NCBI GenBank assembly: GCA_963718525.1
Contig: OY970355.1
Location: 1,248,001-1,312,000 of the forward strand
Length of the DNA stretch: 64,000 bases
Source: Candidatus Dormiibacterota bacterium
Lineage (GTDB): Bacteria > Chloroflexota > Dormibacteria > Aeolococcales > Aeolococcaceae
Reading direction: 5' to 3'
Shown: positions 1 to 10,740 of the stretch, piece by piece
Layout: every line of letters starts with the position of its first letter
Numbering within the stretch: position 1 is the stretch's first letter
Made by a program: the position numbers and the translations under genes
Notes under the pieces: model-generated
The model's database searches: none
What the model was told of the DNA's origin: nothing
What the model saw: only the letters and a program-made list of their open reading frames with translations

Positions 1-423
1 CTCGCGCCGCTCTTGAGCCGCGTCTTCAATGGAGAGATTGCGGTACTGACGTTCAGCACCGCCGACATCGATGAGGCTCGGCGTGCGGCGGCCGGCTGGC
101 CGGCTGACCTGACACCTGCCATCGCCGATGTCTCCGGCAGCGCGGCATGGATGGCTATGCGCTCGCGAACCCGCCCTGAGTTGGACTACAACAGAATGGA
201 GGACGACCTGCGCGACGTCGCCTTGACGCTGTGCCGGGAGCATAAGCCGAAAGCCATTCTCGTCGAATGCACAGCAATGCTCCCGTTCGAATCAGCGCTG
301 CACATGTGGACCAACCTGCCGGTGTTCGGAATCACGACGTTTGTCCATTACCTGGTCGAGCGAATCAACGGGGTTCGTAGCGCGGACGAAATCGCCGCGG
401 CTGTTGGAGCAACCCGAGGCTAG
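1..423 (+). CDS. Asp/Glu/hydantoin racemase-family protein (5' truncated by window edge)
   Basis: Frame is open from base 1. AILVECTAMLPF resembles the family LECTNMPPY motif, followed by a LPVFGITT motif. Confidence 0.6.
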   Translation, partial: LAPLLSRVFNGEIAVLTFSTADIDEARRAAAGWPADLTPAIADVSGSAAWMAMRSRTRPELDYNRMEDDLRDVALTLCREHKPKAILVECTAMLPFESALHMWTNLPVFGITTFVHYLVERINGVRSADEIAAAVGATRG

Positions 424-429
424 TCGGCC

Positions 430-846
430 TCAGTCGACCGCGATCGCGTCAAGCTCGAACAGCAGATCCGGCGGTCGAAGTCGATCCACCACGAGCAGCG
501 TTGTGGGCGGGTACTGGTCGTCGGGGTAGATCTCCCGGTAGATCTCTTGACGCGCAAGAGTGAACGCCGGGATGTCATCCGCGTTCACCAAGTACGCCGT
601 GAACTTGACGACATTCTTGAAGGTCATCCCGCAATCGGCAAGGACTGCCTTCATATTCTTGAACACCTGGCGAATCTGGGCGTCGGCGTCGCCTTTACCT
701 ACGAAGACGCCGTCCGCGTCCGTTGCGCCCTGACCGGCGGTGAACACCATCCGCTGCGGATTTGTGACTTCGGCGCCGTTGCTCCAATGATAGGAGGGCT
801 TCGGCAAAGTCCTCGGGTTGAACATTCTGATGTTCGCGCTCGGCAT
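430..846 (-). CDS. RidA/YjgF/UK114 family enamine/imine deaminase
   Basis: Motifs VFTAGQ, QIRQVFKNM, VVKFTAYL, PPTTLLVV, FELDAIA. Confidence 0.9.
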   Translation of the reverse strand: MPSANIRMFNPRTLPKPSYHWSNGAEVTNPQRMVFTAGQGATDADGVFVGKGDADAQIRQVFKNMKAVLADCGMTFKNVVKFTAYLVNADDIPAFTLARQEIYREIYPDDQYPPTTLLVVDRLRPPDLLFELDAIAVD

Positions 847-858
847 ATTCGTCTCCCT

Positions 859-1653
859 TTATGGTCTCTCGCTTGCCGGCTCGGTCTCGTCCACGACACT
901 TGCGACCACCTGACCAAGAAACATCTCTCGAAGGCCAGGACGCGTTGCCAGATCGCGTGCTCGTCCTGAGAGCTGCACTTTCCCAGCGACAAGCAAATAG
1001 CCCCAATCAGAGATCTCCAGAGCCTCCAACGCCTTCTGCTCAACCAGCAGCACCGCCACGCCTGACTCCGCGAGCCTTGGCACCTGCTCTCGGAGAACCA
1101 TTCGAGCAAGTTTCGGTGAGAGATTGGCGGTGGGTTCATCAAGGACAAGCAGGCTCGGGTCCGGCATGAGCACGCGTCCGACGGCGAGCATCTTTCTCTC
1201 CCCTCCACTCAACGTTCCAGCGCGCTTGGAGAGATGGGCGGCAAGATCCGGGAAGATCGAGAGCACCTTTTCCACCGCGGCTGGAATGCGCGAACTCGAA
1301 AGTGAGTAGCCACCCATCTCCAGATTCTCGCGAACGGTGAGCGTCTCGAAGATGTCCCGCGTTTGAGGAACGTAGCCGATCCCGAGCCGGCTCAACTCGT
1401 GAGCGCGCATGCGGGTGATCGGTGTACCCCCGAGCTCAATTGACCCGGCCATAACTTTGACCCGGCCCATCACTGCGCCGAGCATCGTCGACTTGCCGGC
1501 TCCGTTTGGGCCGATGACGGTGACGATCTCCTTGCCCCCGACGGTCAGATCGACATCCGAAATCACCGCGGACCCACCGTAGCCCGCGGTCAATCCGTGG
1601 ATCACGAGCAGCTGCTCGGGTCGACCGTTTGATTCAGCCGATGAGGTAGGCAT
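859..1653 (-). CDS. Branched-chain amino acid-type ABC transporter ATP-binding protein (LivF-like)
   Basis: Walker A GPNGAGKS, signature LSGGERKM, Walker B LLVLDEP, LLVEQ. Confidence 0.92.
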   Translation of the reverse strand: MPTSSAESNGRPEQLLVIHGLTAGYGGSAVISDVDLTVGGKEIVTVIGPNGAGKSTMLGAVMGRVKVMAGSIELGGTPITRMRAHELSRLGIGYVPQTRDIFETLTVRENLEMGGYSLSSSRIPAAVEKVLSIFPDLAAHLSKRAGTLSGGERKMLAVGRVLMPDPSLLVLDEPTANLSPKLARMVLREQVPRLAESGVAVLLVEQKALEALEISDWGYLLVAGKVQLSGRARDLATRPGLREMFLGQVVASVVDETEPASERP

Positions 1654-2413
1654 CGAGCACCTCTTGGTTCCGTCGCAACTCCACCATGGTGCCCTGCGCC
1701 AGCACGCGCCCCTGCGCCATCACGATGGTCTGATCACACAAGCGCTCGACGACGCCCAATTCGTGCTCGATCATGAGGATCGTCAAGCCCTCGGCACGCA
1801 ACTCCAGCAAGTGATGCTCCAGCCGTCGGCTCAGCGAAGGGTTGACGCCCGCCATCGGCTCGTCGAGCAGCAACAGGGCGGGTTCCGCCATCAGTCCGCG
1901 AGCTATCTGGAGGAGACGCTTCTGACCGCCGCTCAGGTTACCGGCGTACTCGTCCTCCTTGTCGGCGAGCTCGAATCGCGCGAGCAACTCTCGAGCTCGT
2001 ACGAGAAGGCGAGCCTCCTGCGCCTTCCATGTCCACTTGCCGAGCACCACTCTCGCGAGGGAATCGCCTCGTTGGTTGGGCGCCGTGACGAGCAGGTTCT
2101 CCAGCACCGTGAGGCGCGGAAACTCCCCGGATATCTGGAATGTGCGGACCAGGCCCTGACGGGCGCGTTGATGCGGAGGAGTCGCGGTGATGTCGGTTCC
2201 ACGAAAAATGACGGAGCCCGAGGTCGGCTTGAGTGCACCCGCAACCAGCGCCAGCGCCGTCGATTTGCCCGCACCGTTAGGCCCGATCAGCCCGGTGATG
2301 GCTCCTGCCTCGACCCCGAACGTGGCTCCATCCACTGCGTGAAGGCCGCCGAAATCCTTGTGCAGATCGACAACCGAGAGCATCGGCTGCGGCACGAGTT
2401 GCGCTTGAGCCAT
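1634..2413 (-). CDS. ABC transporter ATP-binding protein (LivG-like)
   Basis: GPNGAGKS, RTFQ, LSGGQKRL, LLLLDEP, IEHEL. Start placed at ATG 2413 (MAQAQL), just after the permease stop. Confidence 0.92.
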   Translation of the reverse strand: MAQAQLVPQPMLSVVDLHKDFGGLHAVDGATFGVEAGAITGLIGPNGAGKSTALALVAGALKPTSGSVIFRGTDITATPPHQRARQGLVRTFQISGEFPRLTVLENLLVTAPNQRGDSLARVVLGKWTWKAQEARLLVRARELLARFELADKEDEYAGNLSGGQKRLLQIARGLMAEPALLLLDEPMAGVNPSLSRRLEHHLLELRAEGLTILMIEHELGVVERLCDQTIVMAQGRVLAQGTMVELRRNQEVLDAYLIG

Positions 2414-2418
2414 CCGGG

Positions 2419-3435
2419 TCAGCCGCTGGGCAGGACGGGTTCGGACTGTGGCGTTTGCGCTCCATCCCCGGCCGGACGTGGTTTCGCGTAGCGGCGACGT
2501 CGCTCGGGGAAGATGCCGGCCGGTCGCACCCAGAGGAACACCGCTATCAGGAGACCGATCACTATCCATTGCACCGACTCGATCAGGCCTGGACGCCCGA
2601 AGGCTGGGATGTATTGGCTCGCCTCGATGAATGCCACTGGAACCAGAGCCGCACCGACGATCGCTCCGAGGTTGTTCCCAGCACCTCCTACGATGACCGC
2701 CGCGAAGTACACGAAGGTCTCGGCGGGCAACCATGACGAGGGAGACCACGCGGTGATGAATTCAACCAGGAGCGCGCCGCTGACGGCGGCGATCGCGCCA
2801 CCAAGCACATACGCCGTGAGCTTGAGTCGAATCACGTTCTTCCCAACTGAGGCTGCAACGGCTTCGCTCTCGCGCACGCTTCGAAGCGTCCGTCCCAGGG
2901 GCGAGCTTGTGATCCTGTGAACGATCAACCACGTCAGCAGGAAGAACACCATGGTGATGGCGACATAGACCCAGGCGTAACTGATGGGGTCGAGGTTGAG
3001 CACATCAGAGAGAGGATGGGGTACCAGGCTCAAGCCGCTGGCGCCGTTGAACAGCCCGACCTGATTCGTGGCGATCGTCGCACCGATGAGGGACACCGCC
3101 AACAGCACGATCGCCTGGTAGTCGGTCCGAAGCCGCCGTAACCCGACCAGTCCAACCAGGAGCGACAGCAGGGCGCCCACGATCGCGGCAGCCAGGATGG
3201 GAAGGGGGAAGGGAAGTGAGGCCCCCCCGATGTACTCCTGGTACCCGCCGTTGGCGGATGACGGCCCCAACGTCAGCACGGCGGCCGTGTACGCACCCGC
3301 AGCTTGAAACAGAATGAATCCGAAGTTGACCAATCCGGTGACCCCGAATTGAAGATTCAGCGCCAAGCACGCCATGGCATCCACGCCGAGGTAGATCAGC
3401 AGGATGGTCACGTAGAACTGAACAGCCGAGCTCAC
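2419..3435 (-). CDS. ABC transporter permease (LivM-like)
   Basis: Multi-TM protein with LNLQFGVTGLVNFG, SPLGRTLRSVRESE and RPAGI motifs. Confidence 0.9.
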   Translation of the reverse strand: MSSAVQFYVTILLIYLGVDAMACLALNLQFGVTGLVNFGFILFQAAGAYTAAVLTLGPSSANGGYQEYIGGASLPFPLPILAAAIVGALLSLLVGLVGLRRLRTDYQAIVLLAVSLIGATIATNQVGLFNGASGLSLVPHPLSDVLNLDPISYAWVYVAITMVFFLLTWLIVHRITSSPLGRTLRSVRESEAVAASVGKNVIRLKLTAYVLGGAIAAVSGALLVEFITAWSPSSWLPAETFVYFAAVIVGGAGNNLGAIVGAALVPVAFIEASQYIPAFGRPGLIESVQWIVIGLLIAVFLWVRPAGIFPERRRRYAKPRPAGDGAQTPQSEPVLPSG

Positions 3436-4319
3436 GCCGCCAACTCCTTCTGAGTTGCGACTTCGGACAAGATGCCCTGAGGCCGGAACAGCAGGACCAG
3501 AACCAGGATTACGAACGCGACCACCGTCTTGTACCCGGGACTGATCACAGCCCCCGCGACCTCACTGGCAATTCCGATGACTAGAGCGCCGAGCATCGCG
3601 CCACGAGCTTGGCCGATCCCGCCGAGGATCGCCACCGCCAGGATTGGGATCAAAAAACCGTTCCCGGTTGTCACGTCGAAGCCGGTGACGTTCATCACGA
3701 GCACCACCCCCGCCAGACCGCAGAGCGCCCCCGACACCAACCAGACGAGGTCGATGACCCGATCGGTGTTGATGCCGCAGTCGCGGGCGAGATCGGGATC
3801 GTTGGCCGTCGCGCGCATTGCCTTGCCGAGCTTTGTATATGTGAGGAGAAGATGGACTGCGAGCATCGCGACGACGGCGATCACGATGATCGCTATCTGG
3901 ATTGCCGTGAAGATGAACGGACCGATCTTGAACGAGGACCCAGATGAGCTCTGGAGGTTGTAGAAGTCAGAACCATAAATCGCCATGAGCCCGAACTGAA
4001 TGATGATGCTCACCGCGATGGTGAGGATCACCATGCCGAAAAGCTTCGTACCTCTCCGGACGTACGGGACATACACGAAGCGGTTGAGAGCGAAGGACGC
4101 CACCGCCCCGAATACGGTTCCCGCGATCAGGGCTACCCAGATGCTGAGGCCCGCGTGCGTGACCATGTAGGCGATGAACGCGGCCGCTGTCATCGTGTCC
4201 GCGTAAGCCAGATTCAGCACGTTGGTCGCGCCGAACTGCAGCGTGAACCCGACCGCGGCGATCGCGAGAATCGAGGCCGTGATCAGCCCAAAGCCGATTG
4301 CCGGAAGGACGATGCTCAT
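3432..4319 (-). CDS. ABC transporter permease (LivH-like)
   Basis: AVGFTLQFG..VLNLA, TKLGKAMRATA, ILGGIG, RPQGI. Confidence 0.9.
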   Translation of the reverse strand: MSIVLPAIGFGLITASILAIAAVGFTLQFGATNVLNLAYADTMTAAAFIAYMVTHAGLSIWVALIAGTVFGAVASFALNRFVYVPYVRRGTKLFGMVILTIAVSIIIQFGLMAIYGSDFYNLQSSSGSSFKIGPFIFTAIQIAIIVIAVVAMLAVHLLLTYTKLGKAMRATANDPDLARDCGINTDRVIDLVWLVSGALCGLAGVVLVMNVTGFDVTTGNGFLIPILAVAILGGIGQARGAMLGALVIGIASEVAGAVISPGYKTVVAFVILVLVLLFRPQGILSEVATQKELAA

Positions 4320-4355
4320 CCTTCAGCTACTCGACAACCGGTCTGTCCATCGCAA

Positions 4356-4388
4356 CTGCCGGGGCGGATTCCTCTTGCAACCCGGCAG
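4356..4388 (-). terminator. GC-rich hairpin after the substrate-binding protein gene (mRNA stabiliser or attenuator)
   Basis: CTGCCGGG...CCCGGCAG inverted repeat between the binding-protein stop and the permease start. Confidence 0.4.
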
Positions 4389-4390
4389 GC

Positions 4391-5716
4391 TCAGGTCGGA
4401 AGTGCGGCGATCTGCGACGAGGTGATCATGCCGGTCACCAGTCGATTACCCGCGACGTCATACGTTGCGATTGCAAAGGTGCCGGCAGAGTCGTGGTATT
4501 TGTTGAATGTGATCGGCCCGACAGTGCCCACGTACTGAATCTGATGGCCCGCCTTCAACGCCGTAACTCCGTCCGCGTAGGACGAAACGACAACCTTGCC
4601 GGCGCCGGGGTTGACGACGGCATTGATGAAGTTGTTGTAGTTCGTCGTGCTGTTCGCGGCCACCATTGCGAGAGCCATGATGTTGACGCTGTCAAACACG
4701 TTGGCTGGGAATGGGTCCGAGGAGTACGAGGCAATGTTGCTGGCCGACAGGCCGGGTACCTGCTTCAGCGAATTGGCGAACAGCTTGAATGGCGTTGAAG
4801 TTGGATCGACGAAGTTCTGGATACCGCTGAAGTTGGGCGCCAGGACGGCGGCTCCGACGGCGTTCGAGATAGCCTGTCGATAGGTTGAGTCGAGGGTGGT
4901 CTCGTCGCCGATGATCGGAATCAACCCTCCGGTCAACTCCTTCCACTCGGCGAAGAATGTGGCGCTCGTCTGCGGGTCTGTCTCCGTGAAGATCACCTGA
5001 GGCTTCGGATTCGCGGCGAGTATCTGTTCGATCTCGGTGCGATACGAAGTCTGATCGAAGGTCAGCTGGACGTCTTTGACGATCGTTCCGCCGAGCGCAG
5101 TGAACGTTGCCTTCACAGGAGTATCAACAGCTTGACCGCCTGGGTCGCCTCCGAAGACGGTCGTCGCATATCGATAGCCCTTCTGGTATGCCAGAAATGC
5201 CATGGCCTTGGCCTGCAGATCGTCCGCTTGGGATAGTCTCCAGAAGTACGGGTAGGTCGAATGATCGAACTGAACCTGGCCGGTGTCTCCGAACATCGGG
5301 ATGTGCGACTGATTGAAGACGGGGACGGTGGCCAGTGCCTCATCAGAGCTCGGTCCAACCACACCATCCAGGTGGCTGGTGGTGGCGATGGCGCGATTGG
5401 CCGCCACCACCGCGTCCGCAGGATCGCCATGCGTGTCAACGGAAACGCAGCTGACTTTCCCCCCGAGAATTCCCCCCGCTTGATTGATCACCTGCACGGC
5501 GGCGTCGCACCCGCTGATCATCAGTGCTCCGAAGACTGCATCGGCGCCGGTGAATGGGTTGAAAGCGGCAAACGTTACGGGGACTTTCGTCGTTGCCGAG
5601 GATCCGGAGCCGGACCCGCACGCCGCAACGACCATTGCCGGCAGTGCAGCCAGCGCGAGCACCCGAAGCCGTGATGGGATTGCCCGCTGTCGGGGTTGGA
5701 ATCTATCGGCCGTCAT
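4391..5716 (-). CDS. ABC transporter substrate-binding lipoprotein (LivJ/K-like)
   Basis: Lipobox VAAC, IN.AGGILG, VVGPSS. GAGGTG RBS lies upstream of ATG 5716. Confidence 0.88.
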   Translation of the reverse strand: MTADRFQPRQRAIPSRLRVLALAALPAMVVAACGSGSGSSATTKVPVTFAAFNPFTGADAVFGALMISGCDAAVQVINQAGGILGGKVSCVSVDTHGDPADAVVAANRAIATTSHLDGVVGPSSDEALATVPVFNQSHIPMFGDTGQVQFDHSTYPYFWRLSQADDLQAKAMAFLAYQKGYRYATTVFGGDPGGQAVDTPVKATFTALGGTIVKDVQLTFDQTSYRTEIEQILAANPKPQVIFTETDPQTSATFFAEWKELTGGLIPIIGDETTLDSTYRQAISNAVGAAVLAPNFSGIQNFVDPTSTPFKLFANSLKQVPGLSASNIASYSSDPFPANVFDSVNIMALAMVAANSTTNYNNFINAVVNPGAGKVVVSSYADGVTALKAGHQIQYVGTVGPITFNKYHDSAGTFAIATYDVAGNRLVTGMITSSQIAALPT

Positions 5717-5801
5717 GTGTCGCACCTCGTCACCGTCTGAATCTCAACCCACTGAGACACTTCGCAGCCTTGACGCACGCCTTTCCGCATCAGGCGACCG
5801 A

Positions 5802-5831
5802 AGTCTATCGACCCATCTGGTCAACTGTCAA
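5802..5831 (-). promoter_or_regulatory. Sigma70-type promoter with palindromic operator for the ABC operon
   Basis: Minus strand TTGACA-N18-TAGACT. The spacer holds the near-palindrome TTGACC-AGATG-GGTCGA (5808-5824). Confidence 0.6.
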
Positions 5832-5928
5832 CCGGTTCTGGAGCCGCGAAGACGTTGACGGGTGACCTCGTCGTCGCCAGACAACTGAATACGACAACGA
5901 TCGTGGGCTCGTGGTCGTGCGCCAGGGG

Positions 5929-7215
5929 CTAACGACGATCGACAGCGGTCGCCAGACGTTGCCTGGCAACGGCATCGATGCTGTCACTCAGCACCTCCGC
6001 AAGATCGTAGAGTTCGGCAGGGGTGGTGATCAATGGAGGGGAGATGTGCAGTGCCTTGCCGACCAGCCCACGCGTCAGTACGCCACGCTCGTGGGCGGCC
6101 CGGACCACTCGATCGATGATCCCGGGATCATCGATCAGGGCGTCGGAAGTGAGCTCAACGGCACCCGTGAGGCCGGCGGTCCTCACCTCTGCCACCAGCG
6201 GGTGACCTGAGAGTGCCGAGAGCGCGGAGGCCAACGTTCCTTCCAGAGAACGCACACGCACCAGCAGGCCCTCCGCTTCGATCACGTCCAGGTTTGCCAG
6301 CGCCACCGCAGCCCCGGTGGCGTGACCGGAATACGTGTAGCCGTGTCGGAGCAAGCCAGCGCTGCCTCGCCAGAAGGGCTCCTGGATTCGCGGTCCGCAA
6401 ATGACCACTCCAACGGGAAAGTATCCCGACGTGATGCCCTTGGCGCCCAGGATGACGTCGGCCTGGATGCCATAGCGCTCGCTCGCGAACCAGTGGGCGA
6501 GGCGACCAAACCCAGTGACCACCTCGTCGACAACAAGCAGGACGTCGTGGGCGCCGCAGAGCTCTTGGACGCGAGCCCAGTAACCGTCCACGGGTGGGTA
6601 GACGCCGCCGGCACCGATCATCGGCTCGGCAAAGAATGCTGCCACCCGGCCGGAATGCTCCTGAAGGATTCGCTCCAGATCCGCAGTGTCATCACGTGCA
6701 ACCCGGACGACCCCGGGAACCAGCTCACCGTAGCCCGCCGCGTTGGCTGGTATCCCGGCAAGGCTGGTGCCATAAGTATTCATGCCGTGATACGCCCCAT
6801 CACGGACCACGAACAGCTGCCGCTCAGGGTGCCCGACCGCATCCCAGTAGCGGCGGACCAGCTTTGCAGCGGTGTCGACAGCATCCGATCCGCCGGTGGT
6901 GAAAAAGGCCACCGCCTCTGGGATCGGAGCCAGGGAACAGACCCGTTCTGCAAGTTCTATAACCGGCTCATTCGCATAGCTGCCGAAGGTGGAATACGAA
7001 TCGAGCCGTCGCATCTGTCTGGCTGCGGCATCCGCCAGCTCGGCGCGGCCGTGTCCGACGTTGCAGTACCAGAGGCTGGCGGTGGCATCGTAGTAGCGGC
7101 GCCCGGCACGATCCCACACCCATGCTCCCTCGCCGCGATCGAGGATGACCTCGTTGCCGGCAACGTTGCTCATGTCCGAGAAGGGATGCCAAAAACGCGT
7201 GGAACCCGTGGTCAT
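5929..7215 (-). CDS. Class III (omega-amine/putrescine-type) PLP aminotransferase
   Basis: FWHPF, SLWYCNVGHGR, GGSDAVD, YHGM, DEVVTGFGR, AKGITSGY.P, HGYTYSGH. Start MTTGS with RBS GGGGAG. Confidence 0.92.
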   Translation of the reverse strand: MTTGSTRFWHPFSDMSNVAGNEVILDRGEGAWVWDRAGRRYYDATASLWYCNVGHGRAELADAAARQMRRLDSYSTFGSYANEPVIELAERVCSLAPIPEAVAFFTTGGSDAVDTAAKLVRRYWDAVGHPERQLFVVRDGAYHGMNTYGTSLAGIPANAAGYGELVPGVVRVARDDTADLERILQEHSGRVAAFFAEPMIGAGGVYPPVDGYWARVQELCGAHDVLLVVDEVVTGFGRLAHWFASERYGIQADVILGAKGITSGYFPVGVVICGPRIQEPFWRGSAGLLRHGYTYSGHATGAAVALANLDVIEAEGLLVRVRSLEGTLASALSALSGHPLVAEVRTAGLTGAVELTSDALIDDPGIIDRVVRAAHERGVLTRGLVGKALHISPPLITTPAELYDLAEVLSDSIDAVARQRLATAVDRR

Positions 7216-7304
7216 GGACGTCTCCCCACTTTCGACATACCGACGAGGCGGCTGACCGTACTCCACCGGAACGTCACTCTGGCCGCGTCGGCGTCTGCGG
7301 CGGT

Positions 7305-7841
7305 TCAACGCCGCGTAACGGGGAGCACCTCGCGAAGGGCCGGGTCTTTCAGGTAGCGGCTCACGACCGCAATCGCCTCGTCGGGTCCTCCGGCGAGGGA
7401 ATCCGCGAACCACCCGCCGTCATAGGGCGCGTTGACGGCCCGGAGCAAGTCCGCGGCGGGTTGGTGCCGAGGTGGGGGCACATCGGGGACGAGCTTGTAG
7501 GCGAGGATCGTGCGATTACCCGCCCTCGCGATGCCGACCGAATCGATCACGTCCCAGCGGGTGAGACTGCTGTAGGGGTACTGCCGAAGGATCAATCCAT
7601 CGCGCGTGAGTTCCAGGGACGGGCGGACGACCACGGCCGTGGTCGCGAGGCCGATCAGCGGAGCGGCCATGATGAACCAGCCGATGGTGGCGCCCACCAG
7701 CAGGCAGATGACCCCGGCGATTTCGGTGACCGCCAGGAGGGGTAGCACCAGCGCAACCGGTCGTCGAGCGCGGAACACGATCCTGCCTCGTCGAACCATG
7801 AGCGCCGCGGGGAGCTCTGCGGGGTTGGGCACCTCGGTCAT
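7305..7841 (-). CDS. Hypothetical membrane protein (two TM helices plus a PH-like soluble domain)
   Basis: Two hydrophobic helices followed by a LELT.DGL...RW pattern typical of bacterial PH-like domains. Confidence 0.55.
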   Translation of the reverse strand: MTEVPNPAELPAALMVRRGRIVFRARRPVALVLPLLAVTEIAGVICLLVGATIGWFIMAAPLIGLATTAVVVRPSLELTRDGLILRQYPYSSLTRWDVIDSVGIARAGNRTILAYKLVPDVPPPRHQPAADLLRAVNAPYDGGWFADSLAGGPDEAIAVVSRYLKDPALREVLPVTRR

Positions 7842-7877
7842 CGGTTCGATCGTAGCCGTGCCTGCCATCCTTCCCGG

Positions 7878-8123
7878 GTGCTTCTCGCCCTGATGCTCCT
7901 CGACATCGGATCGGTGCTCGTCGGCATCGGCCTGGCGGTGGTTGCCTTCATCGTGGTGATCGCCGTTTGTGTGCTGATCCTTCGGCTGCTGGCTGTCATC
8001 CTTCCGTCATACGAGCAGGCGGACCCACCAGTGGACGCCTCCGACGAGCCGGTCGCCGGAGAACCCGCCACCGCTGAACCGCCATCGGCGGGACCTCAGG
8101 CGGACGATGCTCCCGAGGCATGA
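7878..8123 (+). CDS. Small single-pass membrane protein with acidic Pro-rich tail
   Basis: Long hydrophobic N-terminus and a D/E/P-rich C-terminus. Confidence 0.55.
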   Translation: MLLALMLLDIGSVLVGIGLAVVAFIVVIAVCVLILRLLAVILPSYEQADPPVDASDEPVAGEPATAEPPSAGPQADDAPEA

Positions 8124-8162
8124 CCTCCGGGGGTTGCGCTCCATGCCCTGGACGGGCTAACA

Positions 8163-8198
8163 TTCATAAGCGATCCTTTATGAAAGATTCCTTTATGA
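8163..8198 (+). promoter_or_regulatory. Putative ArsR operator upstream of arsR-ino1
   Basis: AT-rich inverted repeat TTCATAA-N8-TTATGAA (8163-8184) plus a direct repeat of TCCTTTATGA. TTGCGC-N18-TAACAT lies immediately upstream. Confidence 0.6.
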
Positions 8199-8577
8199 GT
8201 TCCGAAGCCCCAGCGCGCCCCCCGCGGCGTGCGCTCCCGGGAAGCATCGCCATCGGCGCGAGTGACCTGTCCGTCTATTTCGAGGGACTCGCCAATCCGA
8301 CGAGACTGCTGATTGTCGAGCGGCTCGCGGCGACCCCCGAGATGCGCGTGTCAGAACTTGCAGATTTCTGTCAGGTCAGTCAGCCACGGATGAGCTGGCA
8401 CCTGCGCATTCTTCGCAAGGCGGAGGTGATCCGCACCCGTCGCGAGGGGCGAGAGGTGTTCTGCCGGCTCGATCGGGACGCCATTGCCACCCATTTCAAG
8501 AGCTTCGCTCGGCTGATCTCCTCAGCAGGGATGCCCGCCGAGATCACATCAACAGCACCGATACACGAGGGCGCGTC

Positions 8578-8581
<4 letters not shown>
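8195..8581 (+). CDS. ArsR/SmtB-family transcriptional regulator
   Basis: [31 protein letters not shown]. Overlaps the ino1 start (GTGA). Confidence 0.88.
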
Positions 8582-9735
<1,154 letters not shown>

Positions 9736-9765
9736 CCCGCCGAGCGATCGGAGGAGCCGACAGCG

Positions 9766-10740
9766 TTGATGCAGGCCGGCGACGTGGTGATCAAGGCGGG
9801 CGCGCGCAAGCGCGCTGCGCGGGATCCGATGCTGCCGTACTACGCGTATCGCGGCGCCGAGGCTCTGGTAGGCGCGCTGCCACAGTCAGTCTCGTACTGG
9901 CTCGGTGACCGCGCCGCCGACGCACTTCTGGCCACCGTGCCAAACCGGTTCGATGGTCTTCGCGACAACCTCCGCCACGTCGTTCCGGGCATCGGCGACC
10001 GGTCGCTCAACCACCTGGTCCGTCGCAACCTACGCAACCTCACGCACTGCTGGGTCGATGTGATGGAGATGTCCTCGCGACGGACCGACCTGCCGTCGCG
10101 GATCGACATCAAGGAGCTCTACCACTTCGAGGACGCAATCGCGCGGGGCAACGGCGTGGTGGTCGCGTCGATGCACTTCGGGTCGTGGGAGGTCGGCCTG
10201 GCCGGCTGGAACAAGATGGGCGGCAAGATGGCGCTCCTCGCCGAGGTGCTCCGTCCGAAAGAGCTCTTCGATCGAGTGGTCGGGGCACGGCGAGCGCAGG
10301 GCGTCCATATCATTCCGATCGATACCCAGGCGATGCGTGAGGGGGACCCCCAGGCCGCTCGACGCCTCGGCGCCGCGTCGATGCGCGAGGTGTTCAAGGT
10401 GCTGCGCTCCGGCGGAGTCGTGGCCATGGCCCTCGACCGGGATCTCATCGGCAACGGCGAGCCGCTCGAGTTCTTCGGGCGGCCGGCGCCGATCCCCATC
10501 GGCGCGGTGGAGATCGCCATCCGAGCCGGGGCGGCGATCGTCCCCATCGTGCTCTTCCGAGATCGATATCGGGTCAATGCCGTGGTGCATCCTGAGATCT
10601 CCTACTCGCCAGACGCCCCCAGGGATGCCGAGGTGCGCAAGACTGCGCAGATGCTGCTGCGAATCTTCGAAGGGGCGATCCGCGAGCATCCCGAGCAATG
10701 GCACGTCCTCGATCCAATCTGGCCGGCGGCCGGGACGTGA
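9766..10740 (+). CDS. Phosphatidylinositol mannoside acyltransferase (PatA-like, LPLAT family)
   Basis: HFGSWE catalytic motif, EFFG, HPEQWH; located between ino1 and pimA. Confidence 0.85.
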   Translation: MMQAGDVVIKAGARKRAARDPMLPYYAYRGAEALVGALPQSVSYWLGDRAADALLATVPNRFDGLRDNLRHVVPGIGDRSLNHLVRRNLRNLTHCWVDVMEMSSRRTDLPSRIDIKELYHFEDAIARGNGVVVASMHFGSWEVGLAGWNKMGGKMALLAEVLRPKELFDRVVGARRAQGVHIIPIDTQAMREGDPQAARRLGAASMREVFKVLRSGGVVAMALDRDLIGNGEPLEFFGRPAPIPIGAVEIAIRAGAAIVPIVLFRDRYRVNAVVHPEISYSPDAPRDAEVRKTAQMLLRIFEGAIREHPEQWHVLDPIWPAAGT

